Position numbers and translations under genes: made by a program. A stretch of DNA of 64,000 bases from Enterococcus alcedinis (GTDB taxonomy: Bacteria; Bacillota; Bacilli; Lactobacillales; Enterococcaceae): assembly GCF_014635985.1 (NCBI RefSeq), contig NZ_BMDT01000001.1, forward strand, positions 157,293 through 221,292, read 5' to 3'. Under the pieces are notes generated by a model that was not told the DNA's origin, searched no databases, and saw nothing but the letters and a program-made list of their open reading frames with translations. Shown piece after piece: positions 1-9,450 of the stretch (positions are counted from its first letter, which is position 1; each line of letters starts with the position of its first letter).

Positions 1-1172
1 ATTCAGATAAACAAGCAACACGAACAAGTTCACGTAATGATAAGAATAAAAAAATAAAATCGACTACATCTGCGGTTGATACTCCAAAGAAGCGACGTCA
101 AAAAGAAGACAAGATTGTTAGTCGGATTGCCACGATTGTAGTTGTAACGCTACTTATCGTCTTGTCAATTTCAGGTTATTCATTTTATCGTCATGTGACC
201 GAGAGTTTAGCGCCGTTTGATAAAGAAAATAAAGAAATGGTATTCGTTGAAGTCCCGGTTGGCTCATCGAATAAAATGATCGGTAATATTTTAGAAGACC
301 ACAAAATAATTAAAGACGGCACCATTTTTAATTTCTTTACTAAGTTTAACAATTATAGTGGATTTCAAGCGGGACGTTATCAATTCTCACCAAGCATGAC
401 GTTAGATGAGATTAGTCAACAATTAAAAGAAGGTGGTTTAGCAGCGGATCAAGCCGATGCGCGCTTAACAATCCCGGAAGGCTATGATATTAATCAAATT
501 GGTGATATTTTAGAAAAAGAGACATCCTTCAAAAAAGCTGACTTTATTGCTTTAATGACCGATGATGCATTCTTTGACAAATTAATGAAACAATACCCGG
601 AGTTGCTTACAGATGCTTCGGAAGCTAAAGGCGTTCGTTATCGTCTAGAAGGCTACTTATTCCCGGCAACTTATGATTACTTTGAAGGGATGGCAATCGA
701 AGACTTTGTTAGCCCAATGGTCGGAAAAACCAATGAAGTATTGAGTGCCTACTATGAACAAATCGAAGAAAGTGATTGGAATGTTCATGAGGTCTTAACC
801 CTTGCGTCACTTGTAGAAAAAGAAGGGGTAGAAGACATGGATCGCCGAATGATTGCGCAAGTGTTCTTCAACCGATTGGCAATCGATATGCCGTTGCAAT
901 CAGATATTGCTATTCTTTATGCGCTAGGGGTTCATAAAGAACTCGTCACTTATGCGGACTTAGAAGTTGATTCTCCTTATAACTTATATAAACATACTGG
1001 CTTTGGACCAGGGGCGTTTAATAACCCAGGAGAAAATGCGATTCAAGCCGTTTTAAATCCAGAAAAGAATTCTTATTATTACTTCGTGGCGGATTTAGCA
1101 ACTGGAAAAGTATATTTCTCAGAAACGCTTGAGGAACATAATCGCCTTGTTGAACAGTATGTAAATAAGTAA
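1..1172 (+). CDS. mltG: Endolytic murein transglycosylase MltG (YceG-like), 5' partial; the reading frame is open from base 3, so the true start lies upstream of the window.
   Basis: The frame continues upstream of the 162 ATG (…KKRRQKEDKIVSRIATIVVVTLLIVLSISGY…). One N-terminal TM segment followed by a YceG-like domain. Conserved position upstream of greA. Confidence 0.85.
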   Translation, partial: SDKQATRTSSRNDKNKKIKSTTSAVDTPKKRRQKEDKIVSRIATIVVVTLLIVLSISGYSFYRHVTESLAPFDKENKEMVFVEVPVGSSNKMIGNILEDHKIIKDGTIFNFFTKFNNYSGFQAGRYQFSPSMTLDEISQQLKEGGLAADQADARLTIPEGYDINQIGDILEKETSFKKADFIALMTDDAFFDKLMKQYPELLTDASEAKGVRYRLEGYLFPATYDYFEGMAIEDFVSPMVGKTNEVLSAYYEQIEESDWNVHEVLTLASLVEKEGVEDMDRRMIAQVFFNRLAIDMPLQSDIAILYALGVHKELVTYADLEVDSPYNLYKHTGFGPGAFNNPGENAIQAVLNPEKNSYYYFVADLATGKVYFSETLEEHNRLVEQYVNK

Positions 1173-1207
1173 TTTGAAGAAAGTAGTTTACATTTAAATA
1201 AAAGAAT

Positions 1208-1245
1208 GGTAACCTTTTGTGGACTCAAGCAAAAGGTTACTTTTA
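1208..1245 (+). terminator. Rho-independent terminator after mltG.
   Basis: Inverted repeat ggtaaccttttg…caaaaggttac followed by a T-run. Confidence 0.6.
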
Positions 1246-1299
1246 TCTTTTAATAAAGAAAATAAATGAGTAATTGAAACAAAAGGAGATAGTGTTATT

Positions 1300-1773
1300 A
1301 TGGTAGAAAAAGTATATCCAATGACTGAAGAAGGTAAAGCGAAGTTAGAGCAAGAATTAGAGGAACTAAAGACTGTTAAACGCGGAGAAATTATTGAGCG
1401 TATTAAGGTAGCCCGTAGTTTTGGTGACTTATCAGAGAACTCAGAATACGAATCAGCAAAAGATGAACAAGCTTTTGTAGAGGGCCGTATTACGACTTTA
1501 GAAACAATGATTCGTTTTGCGCAAATTATTGATAATAATAATGTGAATCAAGATGAAGTTTCAATCGGTAAAACGGTTGCCTTTGTTGAATTGCCAGATG
1601 GTGATGAGGAAGAGTACACGATTGTGGGAAGTGCAGAAGCAGATCCCTTCGCAGGTAAAATCTCGAATGACTCTCCGATTGCAAGAGCCTTAATTGGTAA
1701 GAAAATTGGCGATGAAGTAGCGATCTCAACACCAGGTGGCGACATGCAAGTTAAGATTGTCCGTGTAAATTAA
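1300..1773 (+). CDS. greA: Transcription elongation factor GreA.
   Basis: 157 aa. N-terminal coiled-coil and C-terminal FKBP-like domain. Motifs [14 protein letters not shown] and [13 protein letters not shown] are typical of GreA. Confidence 0.95.
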   Translation: MVEKVYPMTEEGKAKLEQELEELKTVKRGEIIERIKVARSFGDLSENSEYESAKDEQAFVEGRITTLETMIRFAQIIDNNNVNQDEVSIGKTVAFVELPDGDEEEYTIVGSAEADPFAGKISNDSPIARALIGKKIGDEVAISTPGGDMQVKIVRVN

Positions 1774-1788
1774 GAATAAATTCGATAA

Positions 1789-1826
1789 AATAGGAATCAG
1801 TCATTTAGACAATTCCTATTTTTTCT
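1789..1826 (+). terminator. Rho-independent terminator after greA.
   Basis: aataggaat…attcctatt stem followed by TTTTTTC. Confidence 0.65.
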
Positions 1827-1935
1827 TGTATTTTTCAGACTTAAGATGGATGAAAAATATCAGGGAGTTGTTACAATGAGTAAGATAATGAGAGAAATCT
1901 GTTTATAAAAATGTTTCTACAAGGAGGTAACGTAA

Positions 1936-2667
1936 ATGAATAGACCTTGGCGTTTTTTTCTAGTTGTTGAAAGTTTAATTGCACTACTTGTATTGTGGCA
2001 ATTAATGCAAAATATATCTGTTATTTTAATGATTATTTTAGGTAGTATTTTAATTTATCGCGGACAAAAAAACAAAAACAATACAAAATGGTCAAACGGG
2101 CCCTTCTTATTAGGTGTGATGCTTGTTTGTTTTAGTGTTTTGTATCTACCAGCTGTTTGGTTTATGCTCATTTTCGCCGTATTATTTATTGGTTTAAAAG
2201 GCGTGGAATTATCAGGGGTTTCTCTCAGGAAGAAGAATGTTTATCTAAAAAAAGAGATGATTATCGTTGAAGGCGTGGAACCGTTAGATCATAGTGGGGA
2301 AATCAAAAAACAAGCCATTTTTGGCAATCAGCGAATCGGTAAGCAAATCTATGAATGGAACGATATGAACTTGTTAGTTGCAAGCGGAGATACGATTATT
2401 GATTTAGGGAATACAATCTTACCCAAAGCCGAGAACATCATTGTCGTACGTAAGGGAATCGGTCGAACACGTATTCTAGTCCCTTCAGGCGTTGGTATTC
2501 AGTTAGATTGTAGTGTATTTGCTGGAAAAGTGATTTATAAAGATGAAAAAATCGAGCTTCGTAACGAACGATTAACACTTTATAGTAGAGATTTTGAACA
2601 GACCGCACGTAAAATTAAGATTATCTCAAATACCCTCATTGGTGATGTCGAGGTGATTGAAATATGA
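1936..2667 (+). CDS. liaF: LiaF-like membrane protein; putative negative regulator of the LiaSR two-component system.
   Basis: 243 aa. N-terminal TM segments plus a C-terminal DUF2154-like beta-rich domain. Its 4-nt overlap with the downstream kinase gene suggests translational coupling. Confidence 0.7.
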   Translation: MNRPWRFFLVVESLIALLVLWQLMQNISVILMIILGSILIYRGQKNKNNTKWSNGPFLLGVMLVCFSVLYLPAVWFMLIFAVLFIGLKGVELSGVSLRKKNVYLKKEMIIVEGVEPLDHSGEIKKQAIFGNQRIGKQIYEWNDMNLLVASGDTIIDLGNTILPKAENIIVVRKGIGRTRILVPSGVGIQLDCSVFAGKVIYKDEKIELRNERLTLYSRDFEQTARKIKIISNTLIGDVEVIEI

Positions 2668-3740
2668 TGAAGCGAAGTCCAAAAGTTTTTATTGCACTTT
2701 ACAGTGGCGTATCGACATTTCTCTTACTACTACTTGTTTCAACATCGTCGTATTGGTTTACTACGGGGAAAGAAAAGCAAATTGCACAATTATTTCAAAT
2801 TAGGATATTGTGGCTACCAATGATTTTTTATTTGTTTGTTTTATCGGTTATTGCTGGATTGGTTATTTTTGTCTTATTATCATTTTATCAAACGCGATTG
2901 TTAGCACCCATCGAAGAAAAACTACGTTTATTAGCGGGTGGAAATTTTGATAATCCGATTCTAGACCAACCGATGCTTTATTCTCCAACGAATCAGACGT
3001 TGTTTGAGATGGATAATGATATATATATGGTCAAAATGAAACTAAAAGAAGTGTTATCTGAACTGCAGACGGTGAATAGTCGTCCGCATCTGATTGATGG
3101 TATTTCTAAAGAAGAGTTATTAGAAGGTGAGCGTCATCGTTTGGCTAGAGAATTACATGATTCGGTGTCTCAACAGCTATTTGCAGCGATGATGTTATTA
3201 GCGACACTGAATGAAATGGAAGAAGAGAAGCCTACGATGTACCAAAGACAGCTACAGATGATTGCTGAAGTTGTGAACGCCGCACAATCAGAAATGCGCG
3301 CCTTATTGCTTCACCTACGTCCGGTTACTTTGGAAGGTAAGACATTGACTGAAGGGATTAAGCAATTGTTGCTCGAATTAAAAACAAAAGTAAATATTGT
3401 GTTAAAATGGGAACTGGAAGAAGTTGTTATGCCGCTAGCTACAGAAGATCAGTTGTTTCGAATGATTCAAGAGTTATTATCCAATACATTACGTCATGCA
3501 AAAGCTTCTGAATTGGAAGTTTACTTGAACAAGGTCAATCAATCAATTTTATTAAGAATCGTCGATGATGGTGTTGGATTTAACGTTGAAGATCAAAAAA
3601 ATAAGGCTGGTAGTTACGGCTTAATGAATATTCGAGAGCGAGTTGCAAGTTTAGGTGGGTCGCTAAAGATTATTAGTTTTTCAAATCAAGGCACGAGTGT
3701 TGAAATAAAAATACCGCTATTAGGAGGGGATAACGAATGA
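2664..3740 (+). CDS. liaS: Sensor histidine kinase, HisKA_3/HATPase family (LiaS/VraS-like).
   Basis: Two N-terminal TM helices. H-box motif [16 protein letters not shown]-terminal ATPase G-boxes ([16 protein letters not shown]). Confidence 0.8.
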   Translation: MMKRSPKVFIALYSGVSTFLLLLLVSTSSYWFTTGKEKQIAQLFQIRILWLPMIFYLFVLSVIAGLVIFVLLSFYQTRLLAPIEEKLRLLAGGNFDNPILDQPMLYSPTNQTLFEMDNDIYMVKMKLKEVLSELQTVNSRPHLIDGISKEELLEGERHRLARELHDSVSQQLFAAMMLLATLNEMEEEKPTMYQRQLQMIAEVVNAAQSEMRALLLHLRPVTLEGKTLTEGIKQLLLELKTKVNIVLKWELEEVVMPLATEDQLFRMIQELLSNTLRHAKASELEVYLNKVNQSILLRIVDDGVGFNVEDQKNKAGSYGLMNIRERVASLGGSLKIISFSNQGTSVEIKIPLLGGDNE

Positions 3741-4366
3741 TAAAAGTATTGTTAATTGATGACCATGAAATGGTCCGGTTGGGCGTGTCATCTTATTTAT
3801 CAATTCAAGAAGATATTGAGGTTGTTGGTGAAGCTGAAAACGGTCTGATTGGTTTTAATAAAGCACTGGAGTTACGACCCGATGTAATTCTAATGGATTT
3901 AGTAATGGAAGTTATGGATGGTATCGAATCAACAACGAAAATTTTAAGTGAATGGCCTGAAGCGAAGATCTTAATTGTTACGAGTTTTATTGACGATGAA
4001 AAAGTTTATCCAGCAATTAAGGCTGGAGCTAGTGGTTACTTATTAAAAACATCAACTGCTAGAGAAATAGCAGATGCCATTCGTTCCACCAAACGCGGTG
4101 AACGGGTGATTGAACCAGAAGTTACAACAAAAATGGTCAATCATTTGGCACGACCGCCAAAAGAATTGCATGAAGATTTAACAAAGAGAGAGCATGAAGT
4201 GTTATTATTAATTGCAGATGGACGAAGCAATCAAGAAATCGCTGATTTGTTGTTTATTACATTGAAGACAGTAAAAACACACGTATCAAATATTTTAGCA
4301 AAGCTTGAAGTGGAAGATCGCACACAAGCCGCAATTTATGCATTTAAGCATCACTTAATTAAGTAA
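3737..4366 (+). CDS. liaR: LuxR/NarL-family response regulator (LiaR/VraR-like).
   Basis: Receiver domain ([12 protein letters not shown]…D…LMDLVM) plus a C-terminal LuxR-type HTH ([43 protein letters not shown]). Overlaps the kinase stop codon by 4 nt. Confidence 0.85.
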   Translation: MIKVLLIDDHEMVRLGVSSYLSIQEDIEVVGEAENGLIGFNKALELRPDVILMDLVMEVMDGIESTTKILSEWPEAKILIVTSFIDDEKVYPAIKAGASGYLLKTSTAREIADAIRSTKRGERVIEPEVTTKMVNHLARPPKELHEDLTKREHEVLLLIADGRSNQEIADLLFITLKTVKTHVSNILAKLEVEDRTQAAIYAFKHHLIK

Positions 4367-4384
4367 TTGAGGGGAGTTAGCAAA

Positions 4385-5050
4385 GTGAAACAAAACTATG
4401 CAATTATCGGACTAGGTCGTTTTGGTGGTAGTATTTGTCGTTCTTTAGTAGAATCAGGGCAAGAGGTCTTAGTCATTGATAGCAATGAAGATCGAGTAAA
4501 TGAATATATGAATATTGCGACTCATGCCGTGGTAGGAAATGCTCAAGATGAGATGACCTTACGTTCGCTAGGGATTCGCAATTTTGATCATGTGATTGTT
4601 GCAATTGGCGAAGATATTCAGGCGAGTATCTTGGTTACCTTAATGTTAAAAGAGATGGGCGTTCCCAATATTTTAGCAAAGGCTCAAAACGAATACCATG
4701 CACGCGTACTTGAGAAAATTGGAGCAGATAAGGTAGTCCATCCAGAACGAGATATGGGCGTACGTATTGCGCATAATCTTGTATCTAAAAATATTCTTGA
4801 ATTTATTGAATTATCGGATGAGTTCTCATTGGCAGAAATCCGTGTGACGAATCCTAAGTTTTTCAATAAAACATTAATCGATTTGAACTTCCGTCAAAAG
4901 TACGGCTTGACGGTTGTAGCGATTCGTCGTGGGACTGGAAAAGTTGTGGTATCACCGGATGCTTCGGAAGTTGTAAGAGAATATGATAATTTACTCGTTA
5001 TCGGAACAGCGGATGACGTAGACATGCTTGATGAAAAAATTAACAAATGA
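4385..5050 (+). CDS. K+ uptake regulatory protein of the TrkA/KtrA(KtrC) family, with an NAD-binding RCK domain. No membrane subunit gene is adjacent.
   Basis: GxGxxG Rossmann motif (IIGLGRFGGS) followed by an RCK_C domain. The GTG at 4385 is preferred as the start (RBS GAGGGGAG upstream). The ORF track begins at the TTG at 4367. Confidence 0.8.
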   Translation: MKQNYAIIGLGRFGGSICRSLVESGQEVLVIDSNEDRVNEYMNIATHAVVGNAQDEMTLRSLGIRNFDHVIVAIGEDIQASILVTLMLKEMGVPNILAKAQNEYHARVLEKIGADKVVHPERDMGVRIAHNLVSKNILEFIELSDEFSLAEIRVTNPKFFNKTLIDLNFRQKYGLTVVAIRRGTGKVVVSPDASEVVREYDNLLVIGTADDVDMLDEKINK

Positions 5051-5079
5051 TCTAAAAATAGATATGAGGTGTAGGCGAA

Positions 5080-5388
5080 GTGAAAGTTACAGTAACTCCA
5101 GAAGTCTTAGAATGGTTTAAAAAAGAAATAGTTATTGATTCGCACCAAGGAATTCGTTTTTTTGGTAAAGTTTATGGAAGTACGCAAGTGCATGAAGGTT
5201 TTTCAGTTGGAATGTCAGTCGATCAACCAGAACGTCCGTTGTATCAAACGACCATTGATGGTGTCCTCTTTTTTGTAGAGGAAAGTGACGATTGGTTCTT
5301 TCAAGGGTACAACATGCAAGTAAATTATAACGAGCAGTTAAAAGAGCCTGCATATTCTTTTTCTGAAATCAATGAGTCAAACGACTAG
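5080..5388 (+). CDS. YneR-like protein of the HesB/YadR/YfhF family (Fe-S cluster biogenesis-like domain).
   Basis: 102 aa. GTG start. Alignable by eye to B. subtilis YneR (…WFK.E…GIRFF…GFS.G……DG.L.FVE..D.W.F.G…). Confidence 0.6.
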   Translation: MKVTVTPEVLEWFKKEIVIDSHQGIRFFGKVYGSTQVHEGFSVGMSVDQPERPLYQTTIDGVLFFVEESDDWFFQGYNMQVNYNEQLKEPAYSFSEINESND

Positions 5389-5394
5389 ATAAAT

Positions 5395-5447
5395 AAAGCA
5401 CTTGAAATCAACTCTGACAATGAATTGATTTCAAGTGCTTTTTTTAT
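5395..5447. terminator. Bidirectional rho-independent terminator between the convergent yneR-like and DUF1189 genes.
   Basis: aaagcacttgaaatcaa…ttgatttcaagtgcttt stem with a T-run on the + strand and an A-run on the other side. Confidence 0.7.
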
Positions 5448-6247
5448 TTTACTGGCGGTCGAGGGATTCTCGTAGCTAAGTTAAAGATAAAGAGACTTCC
5501 AATCGTTAAGAACGTATCCGCAGCGAAATTGGGGATGAAACTATTGACGATAACTGCGACTACCACAGGTAACGTACTCGCTAGTACAACAATTTTGAAG
5601 TTTTCTAAAAAAGTTTGACGTAGTCCACGAAAACGCCCAAAAAGATTCGCGAATAAGGTGGTAAATAATAATGAAAAACCTAGCGTAATAAATGAAGGAT
5701 AGAGGGCTATGAGAAATATCAAAGGAAATAACCACCAAGGTAACTGGTTTTGATTAATGCTTGCTCGTAAAGCTTCTCCGGTTAATTGCTGAATTTGTGG
5801 GTTTGAATAAGGAATTTTTAATTGATTCGATCCTAAAATTGTAGTAATGTTTTCAGTAGCAGGAAGCGATACGATTAGTTGATCCTTTAAAAGTCCAACA
5901 CTTAAAAAATTCCCGACTAGATCATTTGAAATGGCAGTGGCATCTCGTTTGCCCTCTGGATCAAAAGTGAAAATAATTGAATCAGTTTGATAAATAAAGC
6001 CTTCTTGCGATTTATCCACTGTTAATTGATTGTTTTGAATTGTAAAATCAGGGATTTTTTTGGCGATTTCTCTCCCATCTGTTTGAATCGCTGAGAAAAT
6101 TTTCATAACTTGAAATGAAATAGGGATGGCGAAAATGAGACTAAGTAGAATTAAATGACCGACTATTTTACCGAAAGCTAATGTTTTAGCCGCTTTTAAT
6201 TGATCAAATTGACGAAATGAAGCTTTTACTAATTGAATGTATGACAT
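5444..6247 (-). CDS. DUF1189-family integral membrane protein.
   Basis: 267 aa with several predicted TM segments. Its general layout matches the DUF1189 proteins common in Firmicutes. Confidence 0.55.
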   Translation of the reverse strand: MSYIQLVKASFRQFDQLKAAKTLAFGKIVGHLILLSLIFAIPISFQVMKIFSAIQTDGREIAKKIPDFTIQNNQLTVDKSQEGFIYQTDSIIFTFDPEGKRDATAISNDLVGNFLSVGLLKDQLIVSLPATENITTILGSNQLKIPYSNPQIQQLTGEALRASINQNQLPWWLFPLIFLIALYPSFITLGFSLLFTTLFANLFGRFRGLRQTFLENFKIVVLASTLPVVVAVIVNSFIPNFAADTFLTIGSLFIFNLATRIPRPPVK

Positions 6248-6379
6248 AATTGAACTCCTCAGTAGTTTACGTAATATGTTTCATTTTAACGGACGTTACG
6301 AAAGAAGACAAGGAAATCCAATTAAATATAATCTAAACGAGACGATAATGTGAAAATAGTGAAGAATAAGTAAGTCATT

Positions 6380-6742
6380 TTGTATTTAATGTTTGGAATA
6401 CTGACGAAACTGGTTAATTTTTTTTACTTTACTTTTAAATCTGTTATAGGAATAGAAATGATAATAGCCAACAGTTTTTCTTGGTTACTTTCTGTTTTGT
6501 TTGCGTATGTAACGAATCGGATTTTCGTCTTTAAATCGAAGGCAATTGGTGGCAAACAAATAACGTTTGAGTTAGTTAAATTTGTCTTCTATCGTGGACT
6601 TTCATTTGTCCTCGATATGTTGAGCATGTTGTTATTGATCGAAATTTTGCACTTTCATGATTTCTATGCTAAATTAATAACGCAGGTTATCATTGTGGTT
6701 GCGAATTTTTTGTTTAGTAAGTGGTTAATTTTCAAAAACTAA
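6380..6742 (+). CDS. GtrA-family small membrane protein (putative polyprenol-phosphate-sugar flippase component).
   Basis: 120 aa with four predicted TM helices and the GtrA-like motif YVTNRIFVFKSK. No strong RBS, so the start is uncertain (6380 or 6389). Confidence 0.6.
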   Translation: MYLMFGILTKLVNFFYFTFKSVIGIEMIIANSFSWLLSVLFAYVTNRIFVFKSKAIGGKQITFELVKFVFYRGLSFVLDMLSMLLLIEILHFHDFYAKLITQVIIVVANFLFSKWLIFKN

Positions 6743-6819
6743 GCATATGAATTGATGAATTCACATATCTTTGATAATCTAAAGATTGTAAATACAATTA
6801 TTATTAGGAGGAATTTTTT

Positions 6820-7428
6820 ATGACTTACCAATTACCTAAATTACCTTATGCATATGATGCGTTAGAGCCACATATCGATGTTGAAACAATGCACTTACAC
6901 CATGAAAAACATCACAATGCTTATGTTACAAACTTAAACGTAGCAATTGAAAAACACCCTGAGTTAGGTGAAAAATCAATCGAAGAATTAATTTCTAATA
7001 TGGATGCGATTCCTGAAGACATTCGCACAGCAGTTCGTAATAACGGTGGCGGTCACGCAAACCACACATTCTTCTGGAATATCATGGCACCAAATGCTGG
7101 TGGCGAGCCAGTGGGAGAACTAAAAGTAGCAATTGATGAAGCTTTTGGTAGCTTCACTGAATTTAAAGCATTATTCAAAACGGCAGCAACAACTCGTTTT
7201 GGTTCAGGTTGGGCTTGGTTATCATTAAAAGATGGTAAATTAGAAGTAACTTCTACTGCAAACCAAGATTCACCAATCATGGAAGGCGCAACACCAATCG
7301 TTGGCTTAGACGTTTGGGAACATGCTTACTACTTAAATTACAAAAACTTACGTCCAAACTACATTGATTCTTTCTGGAATCTAGTTGACTGGAATAAAGC
7401 AAACGAACTTTACTTAGCAGCAAAATAA
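6820..7428 (+). CDS. sodA: Mn/Fe superoxide dismutase.
   Basis: 202 aa. Metal-ligand motifs HHEKHH and DVWEHAYY. Strong RBS AGGAGG. Confidence 0.95.
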   Translation: MTYQLPKLPYAYDALEPHIDVETMHLHHEKHHNAYVTNLNVAIEKHPELGEKSIEELISNMDAIPEDIRTAVRNNGGGHANHTFFWNIMAPNAGGEPVGELKVAIDEAFGSFTEFKALFKTAATTRFGSGWAWLSLKDGKLEVTSTANQDSPIMEGATPIVGLDVWEHAYYLNYKNLRPNYIDSFWNLVDWNKANELYLAAK

Positions 7429-7438
7429 TCGATAACAT

Positions 7439-7479
7439 CAAGCTTATCATCTCTCTAGAGGGATGATAAGCTTTTTTTG
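7439..7479 (+). terminator. Rho-independent terminator after sodA.
   Basis: aagcttatcatc…gatgataagctt stem followed by TTTTTT. It overlaps the 5' extension of the next track ORF, which supports the later tagD start. Confidence 0.75.
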
Positions 7480-7546
7480 GTTGCTATTTGAAAAGATATT
7501 TGTTATCGTGATTGAAGTTAATAAAATGATAAATGAGGGAATACAA

Positions 7547-7963
7547 ATGAGACGTATCATCACTTACGGTACCTTTGATTTATTACATTACGGGCACATC
7601 AATTTATTGCGTCGCGCAAAAGAGCAAGGCGATTATTTAATCGTCGCATTATCGACAGATGAATTTAATTGGAAAGAAAAACAAAAGAAATGTTATTTTT
7701 CATATGAAAAACGTAAGCAGTTGCTAGAAGCCATTCGCTATGTGGATTTGGTGATCCCTGAAGAAAGTTGGGAACAAAAAATATTCGATATTAATCAATA
7801 TAATGTGGATGTTTTCGTTATGGGAAATGACTGGGAAGGACAGTTCGATTTTCTTAAAGAGAAAACATCATCTGACGTTGTTTATTTAGAGAGAACGCCT
7901 GAAATTTCTACTACGCAAATAAAAAAAGATTTAGAATCAATGGGCAATAAAATAATCGATTAA
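7547..7963 (+). CDS. tagD: Glycerol-3-phosphate cytidylyltransferase (TagD/TarD).
   Basis: Starts MRRIITYGTFDLLHYGH (HxGH nucleotidyltransferase motif). About 138 aa from the ATG at 7547 with RBS GAGGGA. The track ORF extends upstream to 7463, across the sodA terminator. Confidence 0.85.
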   Translation: MRRIITYGTFDLLHYGHINLLRRAKEQGDYLIVALSTDEFNWKEKQKKCYFSYEKRKQLLEAIRYVDLVIPEESWEQKIFDINQYNVDVFVMGNDWEGQFDFLKEKTSSDVVYLERTPEISTTQIKKDLESMGNKIID

Positions 7964-8126
7964 TGACTAGTAAACTTACGAATTCAGCTATGGATATCAG
8001 TTTACTAGAAGGTACTCTCTCTTAAGTTTTTGTTACAATCTGACAACAAATTTAAAAAAACATTGTATCATTGGCGGAGTTGTGGGAAAATTCTTATAGT
8101 TATTTCAGAAGTGAAAGAGGTGTCAC

Positions 8127-9173
8127 ATGCGTACGTATCAAAAAGTAGTTGTATCTATATTGAGCGCAATGGTCGTTATGATAGCTATTGTAACAGGCTA
8201 TGGGATGAAAGTTTTAAGCGATGCGAATAAAGCAGTCGATACCATTAGTCAGCAAGTCGATCGTGAAACTAAGAAAAGAGAAGTGGCTGTTAGTTTTGGT
8301 AATAAGGATCCTTTTTCCATATTACTTTTAGGAATTGATACTGGGGCTCTAGGTAGAAGTGATCACGGACGTTCTGACAGTATGATGGTTGTAACGGTAA
8401 ATCCTGAGAAAAAACAGACGACGATTGTTAGTTTGGATCGTGATATATTATCAGATATGTTGGACGGCGTTACATTTGATAAATTAAATCATGCCTACGC
8501 TTATGGCGATGTTGAACTTGCGATGGATGTTGTGGAAAAGCTAGTTGATGTACCAATTGATCATTATGTCATGATGAATATGCAAGGATTAAGAGATTTA
8601 ATCGATGCTGTTGGTGGGATTCAAGTGAATAATAAGATTGACTTTACACTTGAAAAGGTCCACGTACCTGCAGGTAAAATTACTTTAGACGGAAAAACTG
8701 GCCTAGCATATGCTAGAATGCGTAAAGAGGATCCAGAAGGTGATATTGGACGTCAACGTCGACAAAGAGAGGTTATTACAAAAATTGTTGATAAACTGCT
8801 CAGTTTAGATAGTGTAAGTAATTATCAGAAAATCTTAAAAGCTGTTGAGAAAAATTCACGCACCGATTTAGTTTGGAATGAAATGCTTGATATTGTGACG
8901 AATTATTATCCGGCGTTTGAAAATATCGAACAAGCTCAACTTGAAGGGCAAGGCGAACAGATTAACGGTATTTATTATCAAATACTTGGTGTGAATGAGT
9001 TATTAAAAGTCCAAAATTTACTCAAAGAACAATTAGAAATACCAACGAATGAGGAATTAGAAATCGATCCTCAGTTCGAATATTCATTTAATGGTTTTAT
9101 CGGCAATCAGTTTTATGATGATCGGGATTATAGTAGTGTCGAAAGTGTCGAAGAGACATTTTATGCGCAATAA
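8127..9173 (+). CDS. LytR-CpsA-Psr (LCP) family cell-wall polymer phosphotransferase.
   Basis: N-terminal TM anchor, then an LCP domain (…DSMMVVTVNP…IDHYV…). Conserved next to tagD. Confidence 0.85.
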   Translation: MRTYQKVVVSILSAMVVMIAIVTGYGMKVLSDANKAVDTISQQVDRETKKREVAVSFGNKDPFSILLLGIDTGALGRSDHGRSDSMMVVTVNPEKKQTTIVSLDRDILSDMLDGVTFDKLNHAYAYGDVELAMDVVEKLVDVPIDHYVMMNMQGLRDLIDAVGGIQVNNKIDFTLEKVHVPAGKITLDGKTGLAYARMRKEDPEGDIGRQRRQREVITKIVDKLLSLDSVSNYQKILKAVEKNSRTDLVWNEMLDIVTNYYPAFENIEQAQLEGQGEQINGIYYQILGVNELLKVQNLLKEQLEIPTNEELEIDPQFEYSFNGFIGNQFYDDRDYSSVESVEETFYAQ

Positions 9174-9450
9174 CCTGAAAATAGTATAAATTATATTGAA
9201 AAGAGCGTCTCAGAAGAGATGTCTCTTTTTTTTAATTATCCACAAAGTTCGACTGGAAATAAAGTTTCACAAGGTTTAGTATTTATTTTTTTTATAAACG
9301 TTGAATAATGAGCCTTTTATATCGTTGTTAAGAAGGATGTAATTTAATTGTGAAACAATTATAAGCATTTAAATTTTTGTTAAAGGGTGCCAAACAAGTC
9401 GAATCTTTGGTAAAATAGATAAGATATGATGTAAGGAAGGAATTAGTCAC

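Noticed and set aside
6743-6819. AT-rich partial palindromes (catatgaattgatgaattcacatat; GATAAT...ATTATTAT) upstream of sodA, considered as a PerR/Fur box.
   Set aside because: They do not match the 7-1-7 TTATAATnATTATAA consensus well enough by eye.
8030-8230. 66-aa ORF overlapping the 5' end of the LCP gene.
   Set aside because: It is out of frame with the LCP gene and lies in its promoter/leader region. An extended -10 promoter (TGtTACAAT) occupies the same DNA, so the ORF is judged non-coding.
9264-9356. 9-bp inverted repeat GTTTCACAA ... TTGTGAAAC, 75 nt apart, in the LCP-PBP intergenic region. The two copies resemble Rex half-sites in swapped order.
   Set aside because: The spacing and orientation are incompatible with a single Rex operator, and a long-range hairpin is unsupported. 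It is likely chance in AT-rich DNA.
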